Shown: piece by piece, positions 27,907 to 37,171 of the stretch
Layout of the letters: every line of letters begins with the position of its first letter
Numbering within the stretch: position 1 is the stretch's first letter
Translations under genes and position numbers: made by a program
Virus record (IMG/VR): IMGVR_UViG_3300008952_002488
Coordinates: 107,927-171,926 of that record
DNA length: 64,000 nucleotides
Reading direction: 5' to 3' (one strand)
From: a virus
The notes under the pieces: generated by a model
Database searches by the model: none
What the model was told of the DNA's origin: nothing
The model's input: the letters and a program-made list of their open reading frames with translations, nothing else

Positions 27907-28330
27907 TATACGACACACTGGTATTGTTGTTAGTGACGCAGAGAAGTCAATAGATTTCTACACTAACCTTTTGGGATTTAGAATCAAGAAGGATATGATG
28001 GAGTCGGGAGATTATATTGATAATTTTTCTGCCCTCAAGAACGTCAGGGTTCGCACAATAAAAATGACGCTAGAGAATGATGATATGGTAGAACTTCTCT
28101 GGTACGAAACACACCCAGAAGAGCCTGATATGAGCCGACCAATAACCAGAATCGGATGTTCTCATTTTGCGATGACAGTAAAAAACTTAGATGAAACTTA
28201 TGAAAGATTAGTGGAGGCAGGAGTTTATTTTAACAGCCCACCCCAGTTATCTCCTGATGGGTTTGCTAAAGTTACATTTTGTAAAGATCCTGATGGCAGT
28301 CTAATAGAACTAGTAGAGGAACTGCGTTGA
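27899..28330 (+). CDS. VOC/glyoxalase-family protein
   Basis: HTGIVV..FY..LLGF; VELL; HFAM; DPDGSLIELVE. Confidence 0.88.
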   Translation: MLNIRHTGIVVSDAEKSIDFYTNLLGFRIKKDMMESGDYIDNFSALKNVRVRTIKMTLENDDMVELLWYETHPEEPDMSRPITRIGCSHFAMTVKNLDETYERLVEAGVYFNSPPQLSPDGFAKVTFCKDPDGSLIELVEELR

Positions 28331-29076
28331 GTTATTTGGATAGCGTATTCTCCTTATCTGGTAAGGTGGCTGTTGTTACTGGTGCCAACGGAGGTATTGG
28401 GCAAGCAATAACCTTATCTCTTGCGGAAGCAGGAGCCAGCAAGGTTTACGCACTAGATTTGGAAAGCAATGCCGAATGGCCAAATAGTAACATTGAGAAC
28501 TTTTCCATAGACCTGCGAGACGAAAATCAGATTAATAATTTTGCCGAACAAGTTAGTCTGAAGCACCCTCGTGGGGCAGACATTTTGGTCAATTGTGCCG
28601 GAGTTACGTTTACTAATGATTTTTTTAACTACTCTAACGAAGATTGGGACATGACATATAAGGTTAATTTACTAGCCCCATATTTACTCTCAAGGAGTTT
28701 GGCTAAAAATATGCTCGGGGGCTCTATTATAAATATAACGAGCCTAAATGCCGAACTAGCCTTTCCCAATAATCCAGCTTATGTTACCACAAAACATGGC
28801 TTAAAGGGTTTAACAAAAACTTTAGCCCTTGAGTTGGGGAGAAAAAATATTAGAGTAAACAACGTTGGTCCTGGCTATATCAAAACAGAAATGACAAAGA
28901 AGAGTTGGTCAAATGATACAATCCACGAAGAGAGGAAAAAGAAAACTTTTCTTAATCGCTGGGGGACACCAACAGATATTGCAGGGACTGTATTATTCCT
29001 AGCATCTGACGCCTCTTCTTATATTACAGGACAAGACATTTATGTTGACGGCGGCTGGACCGCAAAGGGGTTATAA
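28327..29076 (+). CDS. Classical SDR oxidoreductase
   Basis: TGANGGIG; NCAG; YVTTK; VNNVGPG; VDGG. Confidence 0.9.
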   Translation: MSYLDSVFSLSGKVAVVTGANGGIGQAITLSLAEAGASKVYALDLESNAEWPNSNIENFSIDLRDENQINNFAEQVSLKHPRGADILVNCAGVTFTNDFFNYSNEDWDMTYKVNLLAPYLLSRSLAKNMLGGSIINITSLNAELAFPNNPAYVTTKHGLKGLTKTLALELGRKNIRVNNVGPGYIKTEMTKKSWSNDTIHEERKKKTFLNRWGTPTDIAGTVLFLASDASSYITGQDIYVDGGWTAKGL

Positions 29077-29077
29077 A

Positions 29078-29431
29078 ATGACATTAGAGATGACACATGT
29101 TGATAAAGGCTGGGGCTGGGAAAGATGGATCGTCAACAAAGAGGAGTATTGCGGAAAACTTCTATTCTTCAATAAAGACAAGCGATGTTCTTGGCACTAT
29201 CACAAACTAAAGGACGAAGTATTCTATCTTCAGTCCGGTAAGATGTTGATCAAATATGGTGATGATGACAGCTTGGAGGATGCGAACGAGCTTATCCTTA
29301 ATGCAGGTGACAATTTTCATGTATATAGAGGGCTTAGACATCAGATGATCGCCTTAGAAGACTCAGAACTTTTTGAGTTTTCAACACAGCATTTTGACAG
29401 CGACAGTTATAGGGTGGTGAAAGGTGACTAA
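29078..29431 (+). CDS. Cupin protein (sugar isomerase-like)
   Basis: KGWGWE; SWHYH..KDE.F; RHQM; EFST. Confidence 0.85.
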   Translation: MTLEMTHVDKGWGWERWIVNKEEYCGKLLFFNKDKRCSWHYHKLKDEVFYLQSGKMLIKYGDDDSLEDANELILNAGDNFHVYRGLRHQMIALEDSELFEFSTQHFDSDSYRVVKGD

Positions 29432-30347
29432 AAAGATAAAAGTAAATTTGTTTGATAGCCTCGCACCACCCCACTACGATGAATATTGGGGCTGTCAAAA
29501 TTTCTCTAGTGAATTTGAACCAACAAAGATTGAGTGGCTTAAACAAGGAACAGGGCTCGGACACCCAGAATTTGATGGAGTAACTGTATTTACAGACAAA
29601 GATTTATTGTCCCCCTGGGTTGATAATGTAAAAAGTAAATACAGGGTTGCCTGGATTGTGGAATGCAGAGGTGTTCACTCGTTTGCATATGACCACATAA
29701 AATTTGTGGAACACAAGTTTGATCATGTTTTTACCTTTGACAGGGAGCTTTTAGAAAGCAGCCCGAAATATGTTAGGAATTTGATTGCAACTTCTCGTGT
29801 TTCTGACGAGGATGCGGGACTACACAAGAAGAACAAGATGTTATCACTTATTGCCTCAAAACAGACAATGACCCGTGGCCACCGCCTTCGACACAAAATA
29901 GCAAATGCTATAAAGGATAAATACGATGTTGACCTGTGGGGAGGAGCATATAAGCCTTTTGGAAAAGGCAACATAGGACTGACCGCCGGAGCTATTCGAG
30001 AAGGAAAGACCGAGCCCCTAAAAGATTATCGCTTTAGTATCACAGTGATGAATTCAAAAGAGGAAAACTATTTTACAGAAACACTCGTTGATGTTTTTCG
30101 CCACGGCACTATTCCTATATTCTGGGGCTGCCCAAATGTGGGAGAGTTTTTTAACGAGAAGGGAATTCTACAATTTGACACAGGGCAACAGTTGGTAGAA
30201 ATACTCGATAACCTATCAGAAGATTTATATAACAGTAAACTAAAATACGTCAAGGAAAATTTTGAAATTGCAAAAAAATATGTGTCTATGGACGATACGT
30301 TTGCGGAGAATTTAATAAAAACTATACCGGAGCTTTTAGATGACTAG
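29424..30347 (+). CDS. GT10 (alpha-1,3-fucosyltransferase-like) glycosyltransferase with a variant motif
   Basis: ASK..GHRLR; YRFSITVMNS...YFTETL; TIPIFWGCPN. Confidence 0.75.
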   Translation: MTKKIKVNLFDSLAPPHYDEYWGCQNFSSEFEPTKIEWLKQGTGLGHPEFDGVTVFTDKDLLSPWVDNVKSKYRVAWIVECRGVHSFAYDHIKFVEHKFDHVFTFDRELLESSPKYVRNLIATSRVSDEDAGLHKKNKMLSLIASKQTMTRGHRLRHKIANAIKDKYDVDLWGGAYKPFGKGNIGLTAGAIREGKTEPLKDYRFSITVMNSKEENYFTETLVDVFRHGTIPIFWGCPNVGEFFNEKGILQFDTGQQLVEILDNLSEDLYNSKLKYVKENFEIAKKYVSMDDTFAENLIKTIPELLDD

Positions 30348-30738
30348 AAAATATTTGCCTACCTTATCCGAATTGATCGATAGGCTATCCATTGCCCAAT
30401 TAAAAGAAGTGTTCATAACCGATCATAAAGAAGAATACGCAAAAGAAATTTCCGATATCTGTCACGACATCCAGCTAATTTTAGATAAAGCTGATGTTAT
30501 TGATGCGGATACTATTCGTGCTATCGTTGTTCTTGCTCAAATGAATTTACATATTTGGCACAATGAATCAAATTATAGGAAGGGAATCAAGGACGGTAAC
30601 AATCTCGAACTAACACATGGGCTAAACGGAATCAGAAACACGGCGAAAAATAAAATTCAAGAACTTGCAGGCGGAAGAAAAGATTATAAGATCGATTGTT
30701 TAGCGGCTGAGTTTAAAGATTGGGACATCAGTTGGTAA
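30340..30738 (+). CDS. Helical hypothetical protein of a type seen in glycan clusters (DUF4254-like)
   Basis: ELIDRLSI.QLK; N..IWH.E; N..RN..KN.I. Confidence 0.55.
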   Translation: MTRKYLPTLSELIDRLSIAQLKEVFITDHKEEYAKEISDICHDIQLILDKADVIDADTIRAIVVLAQMNLHIWHNESNYRKGIKDGNNLELTHGLNGIRNTAKNKIQELAGGRKDYKIDCLAAEFKDWDISW

Positions 30739-31223
30739 ACAACACATTCCCAGAAGTTGGAGTTTTTGATTCTGACATGTTCCGAGACTATCGGGGCGAT
30801 ATTTGGACAACTTATAAAAAGAAAACATCCGCAATAAAACTAGATTTTATTCATGATAAATTTTCATCTTCTAGGAAGAGTGTGATTCGTGGAATCCACG
30901 GAGATTATAAAACTTGGAAGATGGTTAGTTGTATACACGGAGAGATTTATTTTGTTGTGGTTGATAACCGCCCCGACTCAGAAACATACCTCCAGTGGGA
31001 TTGGATGATACTTGACGACAAAGAAAGAAAACAAGTTTTACTTCCGCCCGGCTTCGGAAATGGGTTTTGTGTGATGAGCGATACAGCCGTTTTCAGTTAT
31101 AAGCTCGCATACGATGGAGAGTATTCTGACGTTGATCAACAATTTACCTTAAAATGGAACGATCCTCGTGTTAACATAGACTGGCCAACCAGTAATCCAA
31201 TATTACAAGCGAGAGACAAATGA
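30720..31223 (+). CDS. rfbC: dTDP-4-dehydrorhamnose 3,5-epimerase (RmlC) family
   Basis: DYRG; VIRGIH; VVDNR..S.TY; PPGFGNGF; WNDP..IDWP. Exact start uncertain. Confidence 0.85.
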   Translation: MGHQLVNNTFPEVGVFDSDMFRDYRGDIWTTYKKKTSAIKLDFIHDKFSSSRKSVIRGIHGDYKTWKMVSCIHGEIYFVVVDNRPDSETYLQWDWMILDDKERKQVLLPPGFGNGFCVMSDTAVFSYKLAYDGEYSDVDQQFTLKWNDPRVNIDWPTSNPILQARDK

Positions 31224-31846
31224 ACATTCCAAATCATCTTAAAAAAGTTAGAAAGGTTTCTTTGAGTCCTCAAGAACTTATTGATTTTGAGTCTAAAGTT
31301 AGAGATACTTATGAGGCGGGAAAAGTCAAGGGACCAATCCACCTCGCCAAGAATAACGAAGAACAACTGATAGAAATATTTCAGTACATAAGTCCAGATG
31401 ATTGGGTTTTTGTCCCCTGGAGAAATCACTACCACGCTCTTTTACATGGAGTTGATCCAGAAAAGCTGTTTAATTCTATTGTAGAAGGTAGAAGCATGGG
31501 GACAAACAACATAAAGCCAAACTTTTATGCCTCTTCTATTGTGGGTGGCATTATACCTCTAGCTTTAGGTACCGCTCTTGCGCTAAAAACAAAGGGGTCC
31601 AATAAAAGGGTTTGGTGTTTTGTAGGCGATATGACGATGGAAACTGGTGTGTTTCACGAGGCATACAAGTACGCAAAAAATTTCAATCTCCCCCTTCAGT
31701 GGGTGGTCGAAGATAACAATATGAGTGTTCATACACCAACCGAGATGGCATGGGGCAAAAAACAAGAAGCACCTGATGGTGTCATTTATTACAAGTATGA
31801 AATGGAGTACCCCCATCACGGGACAGGAAAGTGGGTCAATTTTTAA
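31220..31846 (+). CDS. Short ThDP-dependent E1-alpha-like subunit
   Basis: GPIHL; WRNHYH; SIVGG; GDMTMETG...EDNN. Only 208 aa. Confidence 0.85.
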   Translation: MNIPNHLKKVRKVSLSPQELIDFESKVRDTYEAGKVKGPIHLAKNNEEQLIEIFQYISPDDWVFVPWRNHYHALLHGVDPEKLFNSIVEGRSMGTNNIKPNFYASSIVGGIIPLALGTALALKTKGSNKRVWCFVGDMTMETGVFHEAYKYAKNFNLPLQWVVEDNNMSVHTPTEMAWGKKQEAPDGVIYYKYEMEYPHHGTGKWVNF

Positions 31847-32383
31847 ATGAGTTATAAGAGTGAACTTATTAGGTCGATGGAGTGGTTATCTCGGAAAGAA
31901 GATACAATCTTTTTAGGACAAGCCTGCAAGGTTAGCGGACACGCAATCTCCAGCACTTTAGAAAAAGTCCCAGACGAAAAAAGAATTGAATTACCAGTTT
32001 TTGAAGAAACACAGATGGGTATTTCAACCGGAATGGCCCTGGAGGGTTATGTACCCATAACAATGTATCCTCGCTTCGATTTCTTTATTCTTGCCTGTAA
32101 TCAATTGGTTAACCATTTAGATAAAATGAGGGACATGTCAAAGGGTGATATGACACCTCGTGTTATTATTCGGGTTGCTATAGGGTCAAAGAATCCAATT
32201 GATGCAGGTCCACAGCACACCCAGAACCACACTGAAGCCCTTCGTAAAATGTTAACAGAGGTAGAGGTCGTAGAACTTTATGAGGCAGAGGATATATTCG
32301 CAGAATTTAAGAACGCTTACGAGCGATTAGATTCAAAATCAACACTTCTTGTAGAATATGGAGAATTCTATGGGACAAAGTAA
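31847..32383 (+). CDS. Short E1-beta/transketolase pyrimidine-binding subunit
   Basis: ELPVFEETQMG; NQLVN; GPQHTQ. No C-terminal domain. Confidence 0.85.
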   Translation: MSYKSELIRSMEWLSRKEDTIFLGQACKVSGHAISSTLEKVPDEKRIELPVFEETQMGISTGMALEGYVPITMYPRFDFFILACNQLVNHLDKMRDMSKGDMTPRVIIRVAIGSKNPIDAGPQHTQNHTEALRKMLTEVEVVELYEAEDIFAEFKNAYERLDSKSTLLVEYGEFYGTK

Positions 32384-33545
32384 ATTCACATGGCCTCTAA
32401 TAAACGACAATATTACAGAATCAGATAAATACGCACTTATTGACTGGTTAAAAGAACCAAACGTTCGCTTCACTCAGTCAAAATATGTGCGAAAGTTTGA
32501 GGAAGAGTGGTCAAAATGGCTTGGCGTAAAATATACTGTATTTGTCAACTCCGGAGCGTCCGCCAATTATATTATGGCATCTATCCTCAAAGAAATGAAA
32601 GGTAGAGGGGAAGTTATTGTTCCGCCCATAGGTTGGGTGTCTGATATTGCCCCTATTGTAAATCTTGGCATGACGCCAGTCTTTGTTGATGTTGACATGA
32701 GCAGTATGGCTATTACTGCTGAGAATATTAAAAATGCTATAACCGACAGGACGATTGGCATTACTTTGGTTCACGCTCTGGGGTTTGATGGACTTACAGA
32801 TGAGCTTGTAAAAATAGCAAAAGAACACGATTTAATTCTTATTGAGGATTGTTGTGAGTCACATGGCGCAACCCATAATGGAAGACTTGTTGGTTCTCAT
32901 GGGTTGATGTCAAACTTTTCATTTTATTTTGGGCACCACATCACTACCGTAGAGGGAGGAGTTGTTTGCACTAACGATGAGAAAGTTTATGAGCTTGCAA
33001 AAATGTTTAGATCTCATGGTATGATTAGAGAAGCTGACACTAAATTACAAGAATATTATGAAAAAAAGTATCCCGATTTAAATCCGCTGTTTACATTTGC
33101 TGTCCCTGGTTATAATTTAAGAAATACTGAGTTTAATGCTGTATTGGGGTTGCAACAAATAAAGCGTTTAGATCAGGCGTGTAAAATAAGGTCTTTCAAT
33201 CTTGGTATATGGTTGGAGTTTTTGGATAGTAAAAAGTATTATACCGATTTCAAGTTTGATGGAAACAGTAATTTCGCACTACCGCTCATCTTGTTAGACA
33301 AGGACAAAAATAGAATGAAAAATGTGGAAAAAACCCTTCGCACTATGGGTGTCGAATATAGGATAGGAACAGCAGGCGGGGGAAACCAAGCCCGTCAACC
33401 ATATCTGGAGGGATATAGACATAGAGTTGTTGGCGACCTTAAAAATGCAGATCATATTCATGATTTCGGTCTTTATGTGGGTAACCATACAGATCTAACG
33501 GAAACACAAATTAGAGAACTATGTGAGGCTTTGAATGTTTGTTGA
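32370..33545 (+). CDS. DegT/DnrJ-fold NDP-4-keto-6-deoxyhexose 3-dehydratase (ColD-like)
   Basis: VNSGASAN; EDCCESHGA; FSFYFGHHITTVEGG with His in place of Lys; no Fe-S insert. Confidence 0.8.
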   Translation: MGQSKFTWPLINDNITESDKYALIDWLKEPNVRFTQSKYVRKFEEEWSKWLGVKYTVFVNSGASANYIMASILKEMKGRGEVIVPPIGWVSDIAPIVNLGMTPVFVDVDMSSMAITAENIKNAITDRTIGITLVHALGFDGLTDELVKIAKEHDLILIEDCCESHGATHNGRLVGSHGLMSNFSFYFGHHITTVEGGVVCTNDEKVYELAKMFRSHGMIREADTKLQEYYEKKYPDLNPLFTFAVPGYNLRNTEFNAVLGLQQIKRLDQACKIRSFNLGIWLEFLDSKKYYTDFKFDGNSNFALPLILLDKDKNRMKNVEKTLRTMGVEYRIGTAGGGNQARQPYLEGYRHRVVGDLKNADHIHDFGLYVGNHTDLTETQIRELCEALNVC

Positions 33546-34512
33546 TTATAGAGATAAAAAAGTTTTAGTTACCGGCGGCACAGGTATGATTGGTCGCCAA
33601 CTCGTGGATCTTTTAGTTGAGCGTGGTGCAGAAGTATCAGTGGTATCCTTGGACCCTCCAGCAGGACTGCCTCAGTCAGTAAAATTTGTCCACGGCAATC
33701 TTACAGAGTTTGCTGTGTGTAAGAGTTTATGTGAGGGTATGGATTACGTTTTCAATCTAGTTGGCGTAAAGGGGTCCCCAAAGATGTGCAAGGAGCAGCC
33801 AGCCGATTTTATGGTTCCAATGTTACAATTCAATACCAATATGATGGAAGCTGCAAGGTTGGCAGGTGTTGACTGGTATCTTTATACAAGTAGTGTGGGA
33901 GTTTATCACCCAGCAGAAGTTTTTAAAGAAGACGATGTTTGGTCCACTTTCCCGTCTGAGAATGACAGATTTGCAGGATGGGCAAAAAGGATAGGAGAGC
34001 TTCAGGCTGAAGCTTATAAAATTCAATATGGTTGGGACCGTGTTTCCATCGTGCGCCCAGCAAACGTATACGGACCATATGACAATTTCGACCCAGAAAA
34101 CGCCATGGTTATCCCATCTCTAATCAGGAAAGCATATGAAAACGATAAGCTGGAAGTTTGGGGTGACGGGTCCCCGATAAGGGATTTTATTCACTCCAGA
34201 GATGTAGCACTTGGGATGTTGCACATGGTAGAAAATGAGGTAAACGTCCCAGTCAATCTTGGCTCTGGAGAAGGGGTAACCATTAAAGAAATTGTTGATA
34301 TCGTGGTAGAGAAATGTCCGAAGGATATTGAAGTTGTTTGGGACACCACGAAACCGACGGGGGACAAGAGAAGGATTCTTGATTCCACTCGTGCGAAAGA
34401 GGTCGGATTCGAGACAACCATTAGCCTGTCTGACGGAATTGAAGAAACTATTGAATGGTTTGAGAAAAATAGGAGTGTAATCGATGACAGACACAACGCT
34501 TTCAGGAAGTAG
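33535..34512 (+). CDS. Extended SDR epimerase/reductase, catalytic Tyr absent
   Basis: TGGTGMIG; SSVGVY; AGWAK in place of YxxxK; RPANVYGP. Confidence 0.85.
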   Translation: MFVDYRDKKVLVTGGTGMIGRQLVDLLVERGAEVSVVSLDPPAGLPQSVKFVHGNLTEFAVCKSLCEGMDYVFNLVGVKGSPKMCKEQPADFMVPMLQFNTNMMEAARLAGVDWYLYTSSVGVYHPAEVFKEDDVWSTFPSENDRFAGWAKRIGELQAEAYKIQYGWDRVSIVRPANVYGPYDNFDPENAMVIPSLIRKAYENDKLEVWGDGSPIRDFIHSRDVALGMLHMVENEVNVPVNLGSGEGVTIKEIVDIVVEKCPKDIEVVWDTTKPTGDKRRILDSTRAKEVGFETTISLSDGIEETIEWFEKNRSVIDDRHNAFRK

Positions 34513-35224
34513 AGTTTTAGTAACGGGAGCAGGAAGCGGACTTGGTAAATATATTGCATCACAGATAGAATGTGTGGCAATGACACGAGAAAACTGCCAA
34601 GAGATTTTATCCAAGTACAAAACAAAGCCGTTCGATCTCATTATTCATTGTGCCTTTAATTCGACCAAAGATACGAATGATTATTATGGATTGCTTGAGG
34701 ATAATGTTTTTCTAACGAGAAGTGTATCATTGTTACCTCATCATAAATTTGTATTTTTATCCTCTATTGATGTATATCGTGATGAAAGCAGCTTATATAA
34801 AACAACAAAATTAATGGCAGAGTCTATTGTTAAAAGGTTAACAACTAGAACTCTTATCCTTCGTTGCGGAGCTATTCTTGGAGAAACGATGAGAAAAAAC
34901 AATTTTCGAAAGATCATCGAGGACGAAAACCCAGAAGTCTCTTTATCAGGAAAATCCACTTTCAATTATATTCTACAAGAAGATATTCTCAGTTTTATAA
35001 AGATGTCCTATATGAGCAAATATAATGGAATTGTTGACTTTGTGTCGTCGGGAAATGTTGATTTTAAGCAGGTAGCTGATCTTTTAAAGAAAGAGGTCAA
35101 GTTTGGAAAATACACCTACAAAACACCAAACCTACCTAACCAAGAGTTGGTAGAGGTTTTTCCAACGGCTGCCTTGTCGTCAGAAGATAATATTCGAAGA
35201 TATTTGAGGAATAGAAATGAGTAA
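34484..35224 (+). CDS. Short NAD-dependent epimerase/reductase
   Basis: TGAGSGLG; SSIDVY; YKTTK. Confidence 0.8.
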   Translation: MTDTTLSGSRVLVTGAGSGLGKYIASQIECVAMTRENCQEILSKYKTKPFDLIIHCAFNSTKDTNDYYGLLEDNVFLTRSVSLLPHHKFVFLSSIDVYRDESSLYKTTKLMAESIVKRLTTRTLILRCGAILGETMRKNNFRKIIEDENPEVSLSGKSTFNYILQEDILSFIKMSYMSKYNGIVDFVSSGNVDFKQVADLLKKEVKFGKYTYKTPNLPNQELVEVFPTAALSSEDNIRRYLRNRNE

Positions 35225-36164
35225 GAAAATACTTTTGTGCGGAGCCACTGGATTTATTGGCAGGAATCTCTTGGAACACTTTTATGGCAATCCCTTTTAC
35301 AGTATTCGTGCAATTTACCACAAGAAGGAAGCACTTACTGAATATGATGTAGAGTGGTGCTATGCTGACTTGAATAATCCACATGATGTAGAGAGGGTAA
35401 TGCAAGATGTCGATATTATCCTTCAGTTTGCTGCAACCACCTCCGGAGCCAAAGATATTACAACCAAGCCCTATATTCATGTGACAGATAATGCTGTTAT
35501 GAACTCGTTGCTGTTAAGATCTGCATACGAAAATGGAGTAGAACATTTTGTTTTCCCAAGTTGTACAGTAATGTACCAACCAAGTGATATAGCTTTAACT
35601 GAAGAGGACTTTGATGGCAGCGATGAGATTCACTCAAAATATTTTGGCGTGGGAAACACCAAGGTTTATATCGAAAAAATGTGTGAATTTTATTCACGAC
35701 TTGGAAGAACTAAGCATACGGTTTTAAGGCACTCAAATATTTATGGACCCTATGATAAATATGATTTAGAGAGAAGCCATGTCTTTGGTGCTACAGTTAC
35801 AAAAGTTATGACAGCAGAAAATAAAGTGGTAATGTGGGGAACAGGAGAAGAGAAGAGAGATCTTCTTCATGTTGAGGATTTATGTAAATTCGTAGAGGCT
35901 GCCACACAAAAACAAAAAACAAGTTATGAGCTATACAACGTTGGGTTAGGGGAGGCTGTCGCCGTCCGTGATCTTGTTCAGAAAATTATTGATGCCTCTG
36001 GAAAAGATTTGGTAATTGAAAATGACTTATCTAAACCAACTATCAAAACAAGCTTGTTTTTAAACTGGAGTAAAGCGGTGCGAGAACTGGGGTGGAAACC
36101 AGAAATAAGCTTAGAAGAGGGAATTGAAAAAACTCTGAACTGGTATAAGGAAAATATAAAATGA
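35217..36164 (+). CDS. GDP-fucose-synthase-like extended SDR, catalytic Tyr absent
   Basis: GATGFIG; PSCTVMY; VGNTK in place of YxxxK; NIYGP.D; SHV; WGTG. Confidence 0.8.
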   Translation: MSKKILLCGATGFIGRNLLEHFYGNPFYSIRAIYHKKEALTEYDVEWCYADLNNPHDVERVMQDVDIILQFAATTSGAKDITTKPYIHVTDNAVMNSLLLRSAYENGVEHFVFPSCTVMYQPSDIALTEEDFDGSDEIHSKYFGVGNTKVYIEKMCEFYSRLGRTKHTVLRHSNIYGPYDKYDLERSHVFGATVTKVMTAENKVVMWGTGEEKRDLLHVEDLCKFVEAATQKQKTSYELYNVGLGEAVAVRDLVQKIIDASGKDLVIENDLSKPTIKTSLFLNWSKAVRELGWKPEISLEEGIEKTLNWYKENIK

Positions 36165-37171
36165 CCAAACGTGCCCTGGTAACTGGTATAACAGGAATGG
36201 TTGGCTCGCATTTGGCGGACTTTCTTTTAGAAAATACAGACTGGGACATTTATGGCTTTTGCCGCTGGAACGACAACTTTGAGAATTTAGAACATCTATT
36301 TGGGAGAATAAATTCCAAAGATAGGGTCCAACTTATATACGGCGACCTTAACGATCTTCCCTCTTTGTTGACGACTGTCGAAAACAGTGACCCGGATTAT
36401 GTTTTTCATCTTGCGGCACAAAGCTATCCGAGGACAAGTTTCGACGCCCCTCTTGAAACATTTGAGACAAACATTCTTGGAACTGCAAAACTTTTGGAAG
36501 CCATAAGGGTTCTGAAGAAAAAACCAGTTATCCATGTTTGTGCTTCGTCGGAAGTTTTTGGGAGAGTACCAAAAGAATTTTTACCAATACACGAAGAAGT
36601 CAAATTTCACCCAGCGTCCCCGTATGCTATTTCCAAGGTTGGTACAGATCTTGTTGGTAGATTCTATGCGGAGGCTTACGGATTAACTGTTATGACAACT
36701 AGAATGTTTACTCACACAGGACCACGCCGTGGAGATGTTTTCGCAGAGTCAACCTTTGCTAAACAGATTGCGATGATTGAAGCAGGAATGTTGCCACCTG
36801 TTCTAAAAGTAGGAAACCTTGATTCTCTAAGAACTTGGTCTGATGTTAGAGATGCAGTAAGGGCTTACTATATGCTTGTTACAAAAAATCCAATAGCGGG
36901 GGAATATTACAACATTGGAGGGACTTTTAGCTGCACCGTAAAGGAGATGCTTGATTACCTCTTATCTCAGTCAACAGTGAAAAATATTAAGGTTGAGGTT
37001 GACCCTGATAGATTGAGACCAATCGACGCAGACCTACAGGTTCCCGATGCAACCAAATTTAAATCCCACACAGGCTGGTGCCCTGAAATCTCATTTGAAA
37101 AAACTATGAATGATTTGCTTAATTATTGGCGAGAAAGAGTGCAAAATGGTAGGGAGTTTTTGGCGAGGTAA
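36161..37171 (+). CDS. gmd: GDP-mannose 4,6-dehydratase-like
   Basis: TGITGMVG; HLAAQS; SSEVFG; PASPYAISK; GNLDS.R. Confidence 0.8.
   Translation: MTKRALVTGITGMVGSHLADFLLENTDWDIYGFCRWNDNFENLEHLFGRINSKDRVQLIYGDLNDLPSLLTTVENSDPDYVFHLAAQSYPRTSFDAPLETFETNILGTAKLLEAIRVLKKKPVIHVCASSEVFGRVPKEFLPIHEEVKFHPASPYAISKVGTDLVGRFYAEAYGLTVMTTRMFTHTGPRRGDVFAESTFAKQIAMIEAGMLPPVLKVGNLDSLRTWSDVRDAVRAYYMLVTKNPIAGEYYNIGGTFSCTVKEMLDYLLSQSTVKNIKVEVDPDRLRPIDADLQVPDATKFKSHTGWCPEISFEKTMNDLLNYWRERVQNGREFLAR

Noticed and set aside
17512-32383. ilvB, panB and pdhAB as central-metabolism auxiliary genes
   Set aside because: Partner genes (ilvH/C, panC, E2/E3) are absent, the E1 subunits are truncated, and all are coupled to NDP-sugar enzymes. 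Not excluded, but less parsimonious.
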